Positions 50,520 through 62,634 of a stretch of 64,000 nt of DNA are shown here, in pieces (positions within the stretch are counted from its first letter, which is position 1; each line of letters opens with the position of its first letter). Source of the stretch: Malacoraja senta (lineage: Eukaryota); the NCBI GenBank assembly GCA_038087875.1, contig CM075988.1, forward strand, positions 17,052,001 to 17,116,000, given 5' to 3'. The notes beneath the pieces are model-generated. The model was not told the DNA's origin and searched no databases. It was given only the letters and a program-made list of their open reading frames with translations. The position numbers were made by a program, and so were the translations under genes.

Positions 50520-50905
50520 TTAGAGCACAGCAGGATGAGGGTGTTATCTTATAGAAGTGCACAAGATTATGAGAGGAATAGATAGAGTAACTGCACAGAG
50601 TATTTTAGCCAAAGAAGGGGAACCAAGAACCAAAGGACATAAGTTTAAGCTGAGGGGACAAAGATTTAATAGGAACCTGTGGTGTAACTGTTTTTTTTAC
50701 ACAAAGGGTGATGGGTATATGGAACAAGCTGCTGCAGGAGGTACCCGAGGCAGGTACTATTACATTTACAAAATATGTGGATAGGATAGGTTTGAAGGAT
50801 ACGAGCCAAATGCAGACAGGTGAGACTAGTGTAGATGCAGCATGCTGGTTGGAGTGGACAGGTTGGGCAGCAGGGCTTGTTTCCACATTGTGTGACTCTG
50901 TGACC
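50520..50905 (+). mobile_element. Old CR1 3' fragment
   Basis: Degenerate ..KIMRGIDRV...RTKGHKFKLRG translation. Confidence 0.7.
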
Positions 50906-51096
50906 CAATGTATTCCAACACTTTAAATGTTTTATCTGCAGTGTATAATCTGCTCTTCCTTTAAAGAGTTCCTATGATTCATTCTTTATGATGAGTTCAA
51001 TCTAAATTATGAAATTTAGCATGCCTAAAAATCATTCTCAAACTTCACAAAAAAATTGTGCACTTGAAAACCGGAAGGAAGTACTAAGAAGCTTCA

Positions 51097-51293
51097 AAGA
51101 TCGATAAAACGCTGGAGTAACTCAGCCGGTCAGAGTATAACTGAAGAAAAGGAATAGGTGACGTGACAGGTCTAGACCCTTCTTCAGAACCTTCCTTCGC
51201 TCCTGAGATGCTAAATGAGTCACTGGGTGACTCCAGCTTTTTATGTCTATCTTTGGTTTAAACCAGCATCTGCAGTTCCTTCCTATACATATA
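51097..51293. mobile_element. Foldback Penelope-derived repeat with 11-bp TSD
   Basis: AAGAAGCTTCA at 51086-96 and 51294-304. Confidence 0.7.
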
Positions 51294-53084
51294 AAGAAGC
51301 TTCACGAGTTGACCACATTGCTCTCTATGAAGCCTGACAGAGTGCTCATTAGTATTTACAAATATTTTTATGCATTCCCATCAACTGTGATGTTGTGTGC
51401 CCTGTTCCCACTGGCAGGTGGCGATGTCACTTCCTGCAGAGCTGAGCAGATGTTAAAGGGGGCTTAACTCTTCTTCTCCTCCATGCGCCTACACCTTCCG
51501 CATTTTAAATAGATTTAATTATATACCAGGGCCCGGCATTTTAGTATACATGAAATCTGGACTGCAGTGAAATCAGGCCAGGATATTAAGATATTCAAAA
51601 AAGCTTATCTGAAGCAGGCTGAGGGATCAATCTGTTGGTTTTGTATATTTAAATAGAGCACAGCTGCAAGGCTACTTAATCTTTTGAAACGAGTCTCTGT
51701 AGAATGTCGTAGTCAACAATTTAAATAAAACATGCTCAAACACTCTTTCCTGTAGATTTGCAATTAAATTATAAGGAAAGTTCCAAACTAAGAAAAATGG
51801 AGCAGAAAGCCGTCCTTGTTTCTTTTATAGAACGAGCGGGTTTGGCTGTCTTCCCTCCTAACATAACAACGTTTCAGATTCGTTGTTTGCCCCCATCAGG
51901 TTACCAAATGAGGATTTTTTGTTTCTGAGGCAAATAAGTGCCAAGAAGATACTCTCCAATAGAATGGCTTGCTTAATTCTACCCAAACCTAACAATATTC
52001 ATCTGTATAAACAGTCACTGAAAAGGGATTAGGAATGGGAATCCTGGACAATATTTTATGGTTGGGCTTTTGGATAGGGACAAGATGTGCAGGGATTGGA
52101 CCGGTATGCTTAGGCCTGTGACATTAGTTTCATCTTGGCATCATGTTCAGCACAGACATGATGGGCCGAAGAGCCTGATTCTGTACTGTACCATTATATG
52201 TTCTATTGTCAAAGATCTGTTGGGGATACGAGGGCCAATTGTAATTGGCTCTGCTATCCTGTCTTCTAAAGAAGTGCAAGATTTGCACCTCACTTCCATT
52301 TCTATTGCGTGCCTTAAAGGCAAACGTAATACTCTGTTTTTCACCATGTGACTCTAAATCTTTAACCTCAACTTGCTGGAATTTTCTGGTGAAATTTGCC
52401 AAATAGAAATCAGGCTACTCCTATTTACCAATAATTTGAGAAATGGCTTTCTAAAACATGGATCCCATTGATTAATTTATCACAAATTGTATTAAATAAA
52501 ACTCAAACAAAATCTATAGTAGAGAAATGTAATTTGACAAACAGTAGGTTGTCACTGTATTCAGGCTTTGACACAGCTATAAAACATTTGAGCTGTAATC
52601 ATATGATTTATTAAACTACAAGAACATCTCGATTCAATTTATATTACTGCCTTGTGTTTCACTGCTGGTCAGCTTAGGATATAATAGCCACAACCCTCTC
52701 ATAAGTTATCTAGTCATCCTACATGTGCCAACATTGTGCCGGCTTGGCAGAACCGATCTTTTAGTTAAATAAAGGCATCTCCTATCAGCTACAAGATAAT
52801 CAATTACATTATTTTCAGGGTGATTCAGTTACTGAAAAATATTTTTTGGAGGAGAACAAATTATATAAATCAAAGGACAACTCTATTTTTTTTTTTAAAC
52901 CCATCACAGAATCGGTTTGATTTTGTAACTAGTGCCACAACGTTACTGTTTGTAAGCTGCCGATAGGATGACCAAGTGTCTAATTTATATTAGCTTAAAG
53001 AATTATAGGGACTGTCTGTCTCCTACACCTCTGAGCAATAAAATTAGCTTTTAGGTAGAAATACAATGTTTATAAAGTACTCAC

Positions 53085-53156
53085 AAAATTGTTATCGATT
53101 TCATCCGATTCTTCAGAAGCCCGCAGATCTTTAAGTTGTTGGCTGGGTTCAGAGTC
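53085..53156 (-). CDS. CEP164: CEP164 exon, 72 nt, phase 0-0: DSEPSQQLKDLRASEESDEIDNNF
   Basis: Acceptor tttgtccacag|GAC, donor TTT|gtgagt; phase fits both neighbours. Confidence 0.7.
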
Positions 53157-53856
53157 CTGTGGACAAATTGTAGTTAATTTAGTTTTAAAATGTGTCTGAT
53201 AAACATGTTATTTACTGTTGCTCTGGTTGCATAATCGGAGGCAAATTAACAGCTTGATTTATCCAGTCTAAGTTAAGAGATCCATTAAAGTGGAAGGGAA
53301 AGATAAAGCACCCACTTTTTCCCCCAAAAATGCTTCCCCTACTTCATTGCAAATCAATAACCAAATCCTTTTCATTTTTCTAACCTAATGTCATGCTGGA
53401 TCTTGGGAGAAATTTAAAATTGTCCCGTGGAAATGAATGGAATTTAGTGACCAGTTTCTCATCCTAGTAATTTTCCACATTAACGACGAACCAAAATAAG
53501 GTAAACGTTCCCTCCACCTCCCTTATCTTTCGCCACCTCTACAAAGTCACCAATTGGTTGATGTCTTTGAAATTTGACATATTAAAATGTTGTCAATCTA
53601 GAACTGCCCAAATTTGAGAAAATTTCCAACCAAATATACTACGTTCACAAGGCAGGCCTTTCCTTAAGCACACGATAGTGGACAGGTCAAAACACGTTCA
53701 TTTTCTGTGAATGCGAGTTGGCTCATCTCACTCACACGAGTGTGCTTTTCACACGCCACACTAGAATTTGATGCAAGGTGCAGTAATGCAAGATGATGTT
53801 AATCAAAAGGGTGGTAACGAAGACATGCTAATCCTTCTTTTGGATGACAACCATGA

Positions 53857-53946
53857 TGGGGATGATCAGCCACGATCACATTGAATGGCGGTGCTGGCTC
53901 GAAGGGCCGAATGGCCTACTCCTGCACCTATTGTCTATTGTCTATT
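53857..53946 (+). mobile_element. CR1 3' tail, (TTGTCTA)n subfamily
   Basis: GGCTCGAAGGGCCGAATGGCCTACTCCTGCACCTA followed by the tail. Confidence 0.85.
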
Positions 53947-54216
53947 AACAACCTATTGCTGGTTCTACAACCAAGCAGAGATCTGATAATATTTCTCCGT
54001 TAACCAGCATTAGTGAATCAAATCAATTAAGATTTTTCTACCACAGTTTGCCTACTTTTGACATGAGCAACGTGGATCCTGGAATTGAACTGATTTTGGA
54101 GTTCAAAAGAATCTTGCTGTTATTGGAGTTCTAAAATGTTTAATAGACGTAATATGAATGCAAGTCTTTTTGAGTAGCGGCTCACTTATTTAGTAACTCG
54201 TCTCCTCAATACTAGT

Positions 54217-54415
54217 CAATAGACAATAGGTGCAGGAGTAGGCCATTCGGCCCTTCGAGCCAGCACTGCCATTCAATGTGATCATGGCTGATCATCCCCA
54301 ATCAGTACCCCGTTCCTGCCTTCTCCCCATATCCCCTGACTCCGCTATCTTTAAGAGCCCTATCTAGCTCTCTCTTGAAAGTATCCAGAAAACCGGCCTC
54401 CACCGCCCTCTGAGG
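54217..54415 (-). mobile_element. CR1 3' fragment, (TTGTCTA)n subfamily
   Basis: Reverse complement of the same 3' end plus the last codons of ORF2. Confidence 0.85.
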
Positions 54416-55384
54416 TGTTTCTCGGGCAGTTGTCTTTAACTGGGGAAGTGAGTAAAACTACACAGCAACTGCTCATATCAGTGATGCTGCCTTCTTTTGT
54501 TAAAGGGTCATATGTGTAATTTGGGTGTTTAAGTGATCCATGTCTTAGGGTTGAAACCTACCTCTGATGTATCAGTTCACCCATGCCTCCCCCAATTAAC
54601 ATAACATTGTTCCTGATCAGGAGGGAAATAAAATTCACTCAGCGGTTTCATACATTGGAATTCTGCTGTGGAAAAAAACATTTCCAACATACAATAGAGA
54701 AACTATTTCCTAAATATTATTGTAACATATTCTAATATTAAGACATGTTGGAGTAAGAATACCATATTTTCTTTGGAATTAGACAAAAGATGATATTAAA
54801 TGTCAACTGTAAACATGGAATAGCATGCATGATTGAACAACTATAAAGGGCCTTCCTTGTACATGGATAGTGACTGCAAATTCTTTAAACAAATAACCAT
54901 GTTTGTTTTCTGGCTTCCCATTGGATTGAATTGTATAATGCCTCTCTGCATGTGTCTCCATTGACCATTAGTTGTGATGATGCCAAAGAACAATTCTGCA
55001 GACTTTGCAAGATAATGGGATGAAAATGTGAAATTATGAGATTTTTTATGAACACCTAACAAAACCATCTAGAGGAGCGTTTCAAAAATATTGGCCAGAA
55101 CATCTTTTTGGATAGGTCACAGATGGTATTTGCTGTCTGCTGTCTAATTATATCTTTGCCAACAACTTGCTTGGAACAGCTTACACAATGCCAGATGTAC
55201 TGCTGTACACCTAACAATACATTGGTAAAGATATCTCATCTAGATTAGACCAGGCTATCATGCCAGATTTGCACATTGACATCATCCTTCCCTGATATTT
55301 GGCAATTGGAATAGCATTGTCGATTGTCCTTCATATGGCCACAATTTGGAAAGTGGTGTGTGAAAAAGCATCATACTTAGTTGG

Positions 55385-55580
55385 GACACAAATGGTGCAG
55401 TAACTCCAGCAGTTCAGCGTCTCTAGAGAACACGGATAGGTGATGATTCAGGCAGAGACCCTTCTTCAGACCCAATCCGAAACATCACCTATGCATGTTC
55501 TCCAGAGATGCTGCCTGACCAGCTGAGTTACTCCAGCACTTTGTGTCCTTTTGTGTATTAACCAGCATCTGCAGTTTCTA
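55385..55580. mobile_element. Foldback Penelope-derived repeat
   Basis: Same motif set, degenerate. Confidence 0.65.
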
Positions 55581-56639
55581 TACTTGGGTGGGATGGAGAG
55601 TTGATGCTGTGAGAATACAGAACAGTGCAACATGGTGAAAAAAGCCCTTTGGCCAATGATGTCTATGCAGAACAGGAAGTCAAATCAAACTAATCCCTTC
55701 TGCCTTCATATGATCCAGAACTCATCAGTTATCCAAACTCAATATTTTCCCATTTGTCCAGATGGTGACTAAAGCCACAAAGTAAAGATATATATATTAA
55801 AATGCTCACGGCATTTTCTAAATGAAGTGTGGGGAGATGATTGACACATTTGGAAATTGGTAGCTAAATTGAGCAATATTTAACATCAAAATAAACGTCC
55901 AAATATATTAACGTTGCCAACTTTATTGAGAAAACGTACATTTTCTTTCATTTCAATAGTTAGGCTCATAAACTATTCTCCAAAATATTTGACGAGTGAA
56001 GAATAAAACGTGAAATTCCAAAGTAGGTTCAGTGACCAGCAAGGTAAATATCTGACAAATGCTAGGAATATTGATGTATTTTGGGAAGAACAGACAATAA
56101 GAATGAATTGCCCTTTGGAGAACAAATATTAATCTTCTTTAAACTACTTTTTTTTTTTTTACAAAAAAGGCACTGAACTAATTAACTGACAGGAATGGTG
56201 ACGGCAGACTAATTAAATCTGAATGCAATTGATTTCCAGAAATTTTTATTCGAAGCTCAGCATTACTGTACTTCAAAAGCTTGTAAAACAAATATAATGA
56301 AGACAAATGGTGCTGTCAGCTGTGAGTAGTGGTTACTTGGCTGGAATTCTTGACAAACTAATTAGTTAAAACAATTAAAAAATACAATTTCAATTTGAAT
56401 AGGAATACATTTGCACTGCATTTATAATGTTGGATTGAGAAACGATACACCAAGCAGGTAAAATGCACTATTCTAAACTGATCAGGATGCTTTGTATCCA
56501 AGGAAACCAGGGAAGTGGTGGAGAGCAGAAACTCCGAATGACATGATCAAGTTTAAAAAATCCAAGGAACCCAGTTAATATAAAGGGTAAACCAAAAGAC
56601 TTGCATTTATATAGCACCTTTTTTTTCTTGCGTAAAGGC

Positions 56640-57200
56640 TCTGTCTTACCTGTTTGCGGTCATCGGCGGTGAAGCGCGGCTTCGCCTGTAGAGTGGACCG
56701 CACGGCAACGGCGAGAGCGCCGAGCCTATCCACGGGAGCGCCGCACGGATGCTGCGCGGGGGCCGAGTGATTCAAATACGGCTGGTCCCACGTGCTTGCA
56801 GTAAGTTAAAAAAAGGGCGGGCCGACTGCGATGACGTCGGCCCGCCGCACGTGACTCACTAGCGGCGGCTGTGGCGGCGGCCGTCCTGATCGCGGCGGCT
56901 GTGCCTGCGGCCGTGCCGCACACGTGCCTCACTGGCGGAGGCTGTGGCAGTGGAAGTTTGACGCACGGCGCTCGAGCCACACTGGCGGCGGCCCGTGCGG
57001 GCGGCCGTGCCGCACTCGTGCATCACTGGTGGAGGTTGTGCGGTAAGAATATAGTTTTCAACAGTGTAGGTTTTATTTTAGCACCGTGCGGTGTTGGGAA
57101 CACCGCCGCACGGCCCCGGAATTGTGCGTTCTCACGAGTGCGCGGTCTATGGCGGCAGATTCTTCCCGTTTCGCCGCCAATGACCGCAGACTCGTGAGAC
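56640..57200. promoter_or_regulatory. Intronic CpG island, probable internal promoter
   Basis: About 560 bp, very CpG-rich in an AT-rich intron; CACGTG at 56789, 56848 and 56921; GGGCGG at 56815; TGACGTC at 56832; TGACTCA at 56852; outward-facing splice donors at 56649 (-) and 57043 (+). Confidence 0.75.
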
Positions 57201-57496
57201 AGGCCTTTTACTCTGCTGCTTCACAGGCAACAAAATAATGTAAACTGCTATAATGTTGCAAACCACAACAATTAATTTGTGCATAAAAGATTCCTTGGAC
57301 AGCAATACAATTATGACCAGTTAATGCATAATAGTGACAACGCGGCATTTCCTCATCTCTGAATTGGAGTGTTTGCATGATCAGGTGAAGTTTAAACATA
57401 ATTTTCTCAAGACAAGAGTTAGAATTCTAACAATAGTAGGAAGATATTTTGAGATCAATAGACCAATTCTTTTCAATCTGAACTTTTCTTTCTTCA

Positions 57497-57627
57497 TGTG
57501 TTGGAAGAAACTGCAGATGCTGGTTTAAACCGAAGATAGACACAAAAAGCTGGAGTAACTCACTGGACACAAAAAGCTCCAGAGATGCTGCCTGTCCCGC
57601 TGAGTTACTCCAGCTTTTTGTGTCTAT
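57497..57627. mobile_element. Foldback Penelope-derived repeat, internally deleted, 14-bp TSD
   Basis: CTTTTCTTTCTTCA at 57483-96 and 57628-41. Confidence 0.75.
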
Positions 57628-60179
57628 CTTTTCTTTCTTCACCTGCTTTCTCTGCAGGTGTTGATTCCTATTCAGTGTAGATCTTATGGATGGCAAATAT
57701 AGGGAGGTCATACTGTACATCAAATGTTATCAGATCAAACCAGAAATTATTTAACTATCCTTCTGTGTCACGTGCAGGTGATCATTATGTTCCTGAGCCC
57801 AGATTAGAGAAGTTTTCAGCCTTTTCAGTAATAGAGTACGTTAAATCATCTTGTACTTTGTGCCCTCTCCATACTAAGATACACAGGTCTCTAAAGAGTG
57901 CTTTATAAACATTCATTTATCAACACTTAGTTCTTAACTGTTGGATTGTTGACCTCTGTTTAAGAACCCCACTTCTCAATTTGACACCCCTTTCATTTCA
58001 GGAGGTGAGGCCTCTTCAATTCAATATCAAAGATTCAATTGTATCTGAAAGCATGTTCTTGGATTCTGGCATGCAACAAGTTCACATGTCAGGCCTTCTG
58101 GATCACAACGAGTGCAGGCACAGAGGTGGGGGAAGCAGTGTGGCCGTGCGGCAGAGAAGAGGGGAGTGGGGGGGGGGTTGGCTGTAGAAGCAAAATCCGG
58201 CCCAAGGTCTTAATTGTAGCTGACATTTACTTGCCAATTTTTCTCTTTTTTTCTAATGGCTGGCTCTTTGTCAATGATTGAAATAAGATCCTACAAAGGC
58301 TAACTTAAGCAGACTACTAATTTATAAAGCTACACAGGTTGTAAAGCTATGTGGAATATCCCCTTATACATACAATAATTCTTTGATGTACAATTGGTGA
58401 TTCATGATGGATGGTCGAAATGGCTGTTGGCTATTGTCAAAGGAGTTGAACTGACTCACATTAATGAATAAAGAGGGCGATATCATATCTGACCTGTTTA
58501 TGCATCTTGTCTAATATTCAGACAATTGGACCACATTTCAAACAGATCACATAACAATCAATGCCTTATGATCCAATGTCAAAGTTCAATACCTAAAAAT
58601 ATAATTTTCCCTTCAAATCTTCCGCTACACCACTATTTCTGCACCATCATTGTATTTTTTATAAATGTACAAGTAATATCGTGGGTTGCAAGTCAAACAA
58701 TTGTTCCTTTGTTTCTCTGTACTCCGCAAAATAACCAAATTGACATTCATGAATCCTAATCACTAAAACGATTCCTCTAAAATATAAGCCACTGAACCCT
58801 GTGCATTAACATATTAAACCTGCTGATTAACAGGGGTTGTGGAGGAGGAGGGGGGCTGTATTTTTTTGCCACTGATTTAGTTTCCTTGAATATGCTGACA
58901 TTTTACTGCAAGGGCTACAACATGTTGAAATTAATAATTGCACGTGAACAACCCCTGCTGCTATTAATGTACAAATTGATTAACATGGCAATTTATGGCA
59001 ATGAAAAGGTTAGCAGTAATCATCAGGTTGTTGCAATTTGATAGACTATTTGTTTCTCTTCTTTTAGATTCACAAAAACAGAATTTCCGATTTCACCTCC
59101 ATGGAAGTTATTGTATTGACCAACTAATACTGCAACCAACCTTGCATCTGGTGACATGTGCTGCCTAATCCCCAGCAATGGGCAGCAGTCACCTTGCCAG
59201 CTAGAAGCAGCACTGAACCCTACATCATAGTAGTGAACAGCCACACGGCTCACCCTGGTCCACTCGTTCACCCTGGCTCACTCAGCGGCAGCCCACACAG
59301 GCAGTGTCTACACAATGTAATGTGATTCATTGTTAGGTTCATGCCAAATTCCCGACATGTCTGTGTGCAGCAACAGGGAGGGCAGAAGTTCTTGCCAGTT
59401 TCCAATACACAGTAACAACTGCCAGTAACGTATCTCTATTATGCACTGTAGCATAATGCTGTGGTGAACCCCTTGAGCACCGATTCTTTCAGCACGCTCA
59501 TTCATGGAAATGCATCCTGCACTCTTAAATGAGATACCAGTGCCATCCCACAGCAGAGAACTGTTGCCATTTTTGTTCTTGAAATGAAATGACATATAGT
59601 CGTCACCAGAGTAGATCATTTTAACATGGAAGTAACAAAATATGGATTTGGAACAATTATCTAAATATGGTAACAATATGTATATTATTTCATGAAATAC
59701 ATTTTATAAACATATTTATGATGGACATGGGTAGACTGTAAAGCTATTTTCACATAAAGGTGTCAATGATTATGACAAGGGAAACATTTTCAGCCTCAGC
59801 CTTCCCATTATCAGTTTAGTTCTTTTGGCATTCAGACCCGAGCTTTGTACAAATGAATGCCTACCATGCATCATTCAGATTAGCATTAGATTTAGAGATG
59901 TCAGTGTCATTTAAAGGACAGTAAAAAACTTACCAATCTCTAAATACTAAATTAATACTTTGTCTGCAAACTGGGGTTTCCTCCAATCGAAAATACATTT
60001 CCTTTTTCAATTCAGAAATTTAAAAAAATGATTGCAGTTGAAATCTAAGAGAGTTAAAATGAATTTTTAAGCATTGAAAGAAAAGTTCCAATGAACTTGC
60101 ATGTTAATAGCATGTTCCACAGCCATAAATGTCCTGCAAATACCACAGGTATGGATAATACATTTGCTATGAATCGTAC

Positions 60180-60677
60180 CTTTTGAGGTGGATTACACGG
60201 TTCATCATGGGTTTTGGAAGGCATGGTAGATTTTTTATCCCTTTCGTTTTGTCCGTTGCATTTATTAATTTCCGTTTCTAAATCATTTGGCTGTTCAGTA
60301 GCACAGGTCATTTTAGCGTCTTCCTCACTTTTATGTTCAGACTTCAAGTCCACATCTCCAACCTGCGACAATTTTGATGTGCCATCAACTGAGTTGCATC
60401 TACTATCTCCCGCTCCAAGTTCTTCACTTTCTGCTTCATCAATTGCCACTGCACGCCGCAAGTGCCCTGCTTGTACAGGTCTCATTAGAACACCATCCTC
60501 TGTGTCACTTTCACCTTTGGCTTCTTGCTTTTCTTCATTGGAGTTAATGTTGTCATCATCATCATCAGCCTCTTTGTCAGAAGTTAACTTATCTGGGGTT
60601 GGGGGCTGAACATCGCGACTCTCTGAGTCAAGCATACTTCCGGGATCACTTCCTCCATGGCTTTGTTCAAAGAGTAC
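60180..60677 (-). CDS. CEP164: CEP164 exon, 498 nt, phase 0-0, acidic disordered linker (VLFEQSHGG...CNPPQK)
   Basis: Lies inside ORF 60054..60722; donor AAG|gtacga. The acceptor aaaag|GTA has a weak pyrimidine tract, so the 5' boundary is less certain. Confidence 0.75.
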
Positions 60678-61214
60678 CTTTTGTTTGCACGTGCAAGTCA
60701 TCAAAAAGAAGAGGTCAGTCAAATGTATTCAGCAGCCACAATGAATTGATCAGTTATTACTTTATCTAAGTTAACTAAAAAGTGCATATCACTCATCTCA
60801 CAAGTGTTCAAAACAAAATTATGCATTTTGCATGGAATAATTTCTGTCTAAAACAGCTCACTCTCCATACCATTTTATAACAAATCTGTGATTTGTTTCA
60901 CTTCATTCCACCTGTGAAGCATTTATCACCTCCAAGTATAAATGAAAAAACCTGTCACAAGTATGTTTGATGCTTGGTGTGAATTAATTTCAACATAAGA
61001 GGTGACAAGGTTATCAGGAATAATTGAGGCACGATATTTATTGACGTTCATGCGGCCAATAAACACAGCAGCTGAATTCAGTTAAACATCAAAGAAAAAT
61101 AAAAACAAATGACAAACGGCAGATGTCTCGACTGAGCCATGGGCTGCCATTGAGCAAAAGACATTTAACAGAATAGATGAAGGTAGACGAGTCAAAGAAG
61201 ATTACCCCGAGTTG

Positions 61215-61309
61215 TCTGAAGAAGGGTCTCGACCTGAAATGTCACCTATTCCTATTCTCCAGATATCCGACTGATACACTGAGTTGTTCCAGCTTTTTGT
61301 GTCTAATCT
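61215..61309 (+). mobile_element. Short Penelope-derived repeat
   Basis: TCTGAAGAAGGGTCTCGACCTGAAATGTCACC; flanked by GAGTTG on both sides. Confidence 0.7.
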
Positions 61310-61389
61310 GAGTTGATAGCTCTCCAGCCATTATTATTTTGCTGCTTACTTTCTTGTCTTGAACATAAATGAACTAAAAGATAGCTTTT

Positions 61390-61655
61390 TTTAAGAGATA
61401 CAGTGTGGAAACAGGCCTTCTGGCCCACCTAGTCCATGCTGACCAGCGATCACCTGTACACTAGTTCTATCCTACACACTAGGGACAATTTATAGAAGCC
61501 AATTAACCTACAAACCTGCACGTCTGTGGGATGTGGAAGGAAACCGTAGCACCCACAGAAACCCACGTGGTCACAGGGAGAACATGCAAACTCTGTACAC
61601 AGCACCCATAGTCAGGATCAAAACCAGGCCTCTACCGCTGCACCACTATGCCACC
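61390..61655 (-). mobile_element. V-SINE (HE1-like)
   Basis: Reverse-complement V-domain and tail. Confidence 0.75.
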
Positions 61656-62523
61656 CATTCTGGGGAAATCATTTTTATCAGCAAATATTTAAATCTACCA
61701 CCACTTGTTAATGTAAATGGCTTCAAGAAATAGAAGAATCATGAACATTGCAGAATATTTCCCACTTAAAACAAAATCATTATTTTCCATTTTAAGTAAC
61801 CACTGTATAGTGGAATTATAAAACAAGCAAATAATTCTGGGGATAGTTCTAAAATAATACATTTGTTCCTACTTTTCATTAGTGGGCTCAAAGAGAGAAT
61901 GGAATTATAAATGAAAACATAATCCACAAGCCATGAAACTTTGATTCACAAATTCAGACACAAATTTTCCCACTAGTAGACATTACTCCTCATAAACTAA
62001 TTCACTTTTTAGTTACCTAATTTTTAAAGTGTTAGACAATGGCATTCAATTTTCCTGTGAACTTGATAAGTTTAAAGGGAGCACAGGAAACAAAGCCCTG
62101 TTGAGCCGAATGTTAGATCATTGAGATTTCCAAGCAATTGGATAGCAAATTATGAAAGTTTTACAAAGTTACCCTCCCAAGAGTAACTGGCCATGGAAGA
62201 ATTTGTGACTTGAAATGATCAAGATCAAACACAGAATATTGTTTTGCAATGCATTTTAGTTCCAAATTGATGCAATATATTCTCCATAGATTTGAAACAA
62301 AACCCTATATCTTTTGATATATTTCCTAACTTTTCAAATGGACATTTTATGTGTCACAGTGCACATTGCTAGGATCTAGTTTTATCTATTTCACAAACAT
62401 AATCTCAATCATAACTAAAAGGAAAATTGTTAAGAGTAAATTTGACAAAGGGAATAAGTGGCATGATGGGGGTGAACGGATTTAGGGACATCAGTCTCGT
62501 GCTAAACACTAATTAAAAATCAC

Positions 62524-62634
62524 CTCTTTCTGACTTTCCGCTTCTTCATCAGACACCGGGAGGTTTTGAAGCTCAGGTTCAGTCCCCTCATCAACATGGT
62601 CATGATCTGCATCCTCATCGACTTCAGCACTTTC
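62524..62634 (-). CDS. CEP164: CEP164 exon, 111 nt, phase 0-0: ESAEVDEDADHDHVDEGTEPELQNLPVSDEEAESQKE
   Basis: Acceptor cattcag|GAA, donor GAG|gtgatt; open, acidic reading frame. Confidence 0.7.

Larger units (their letters stand above)
636..62634 (-). other. CEP164: CEP164 gene, internal portion; both ends outside the window
   Basis: Chain of GT-AG exons with matching phases. Peptides such as LSDLLKEKRDDVEKDHEMKLEKIKEEHQE, AIFSLQKQITDAQSQEKAQ and ELHIEDLKK resemble human CEP164 as I recall it ([56 protein letters not shown]), in the same order. Confidence 0.9.

Noticed and set aside
52130..52402. 90-aa minus-strand ORF as a CEP164 exon
   Set aside because: No resemblance to CEP164 and no convincing splice sites.
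56726..57197. Ala/Arg-rich ORFs in the CpG island
   Set aside because: GC-rich DNA is poor in stop codons; no recognisable domain.
60214..60609. 131-aa Ser-rich plus-strand ORF
   Set aside because: Antisense to the acidic CEP164 exon.
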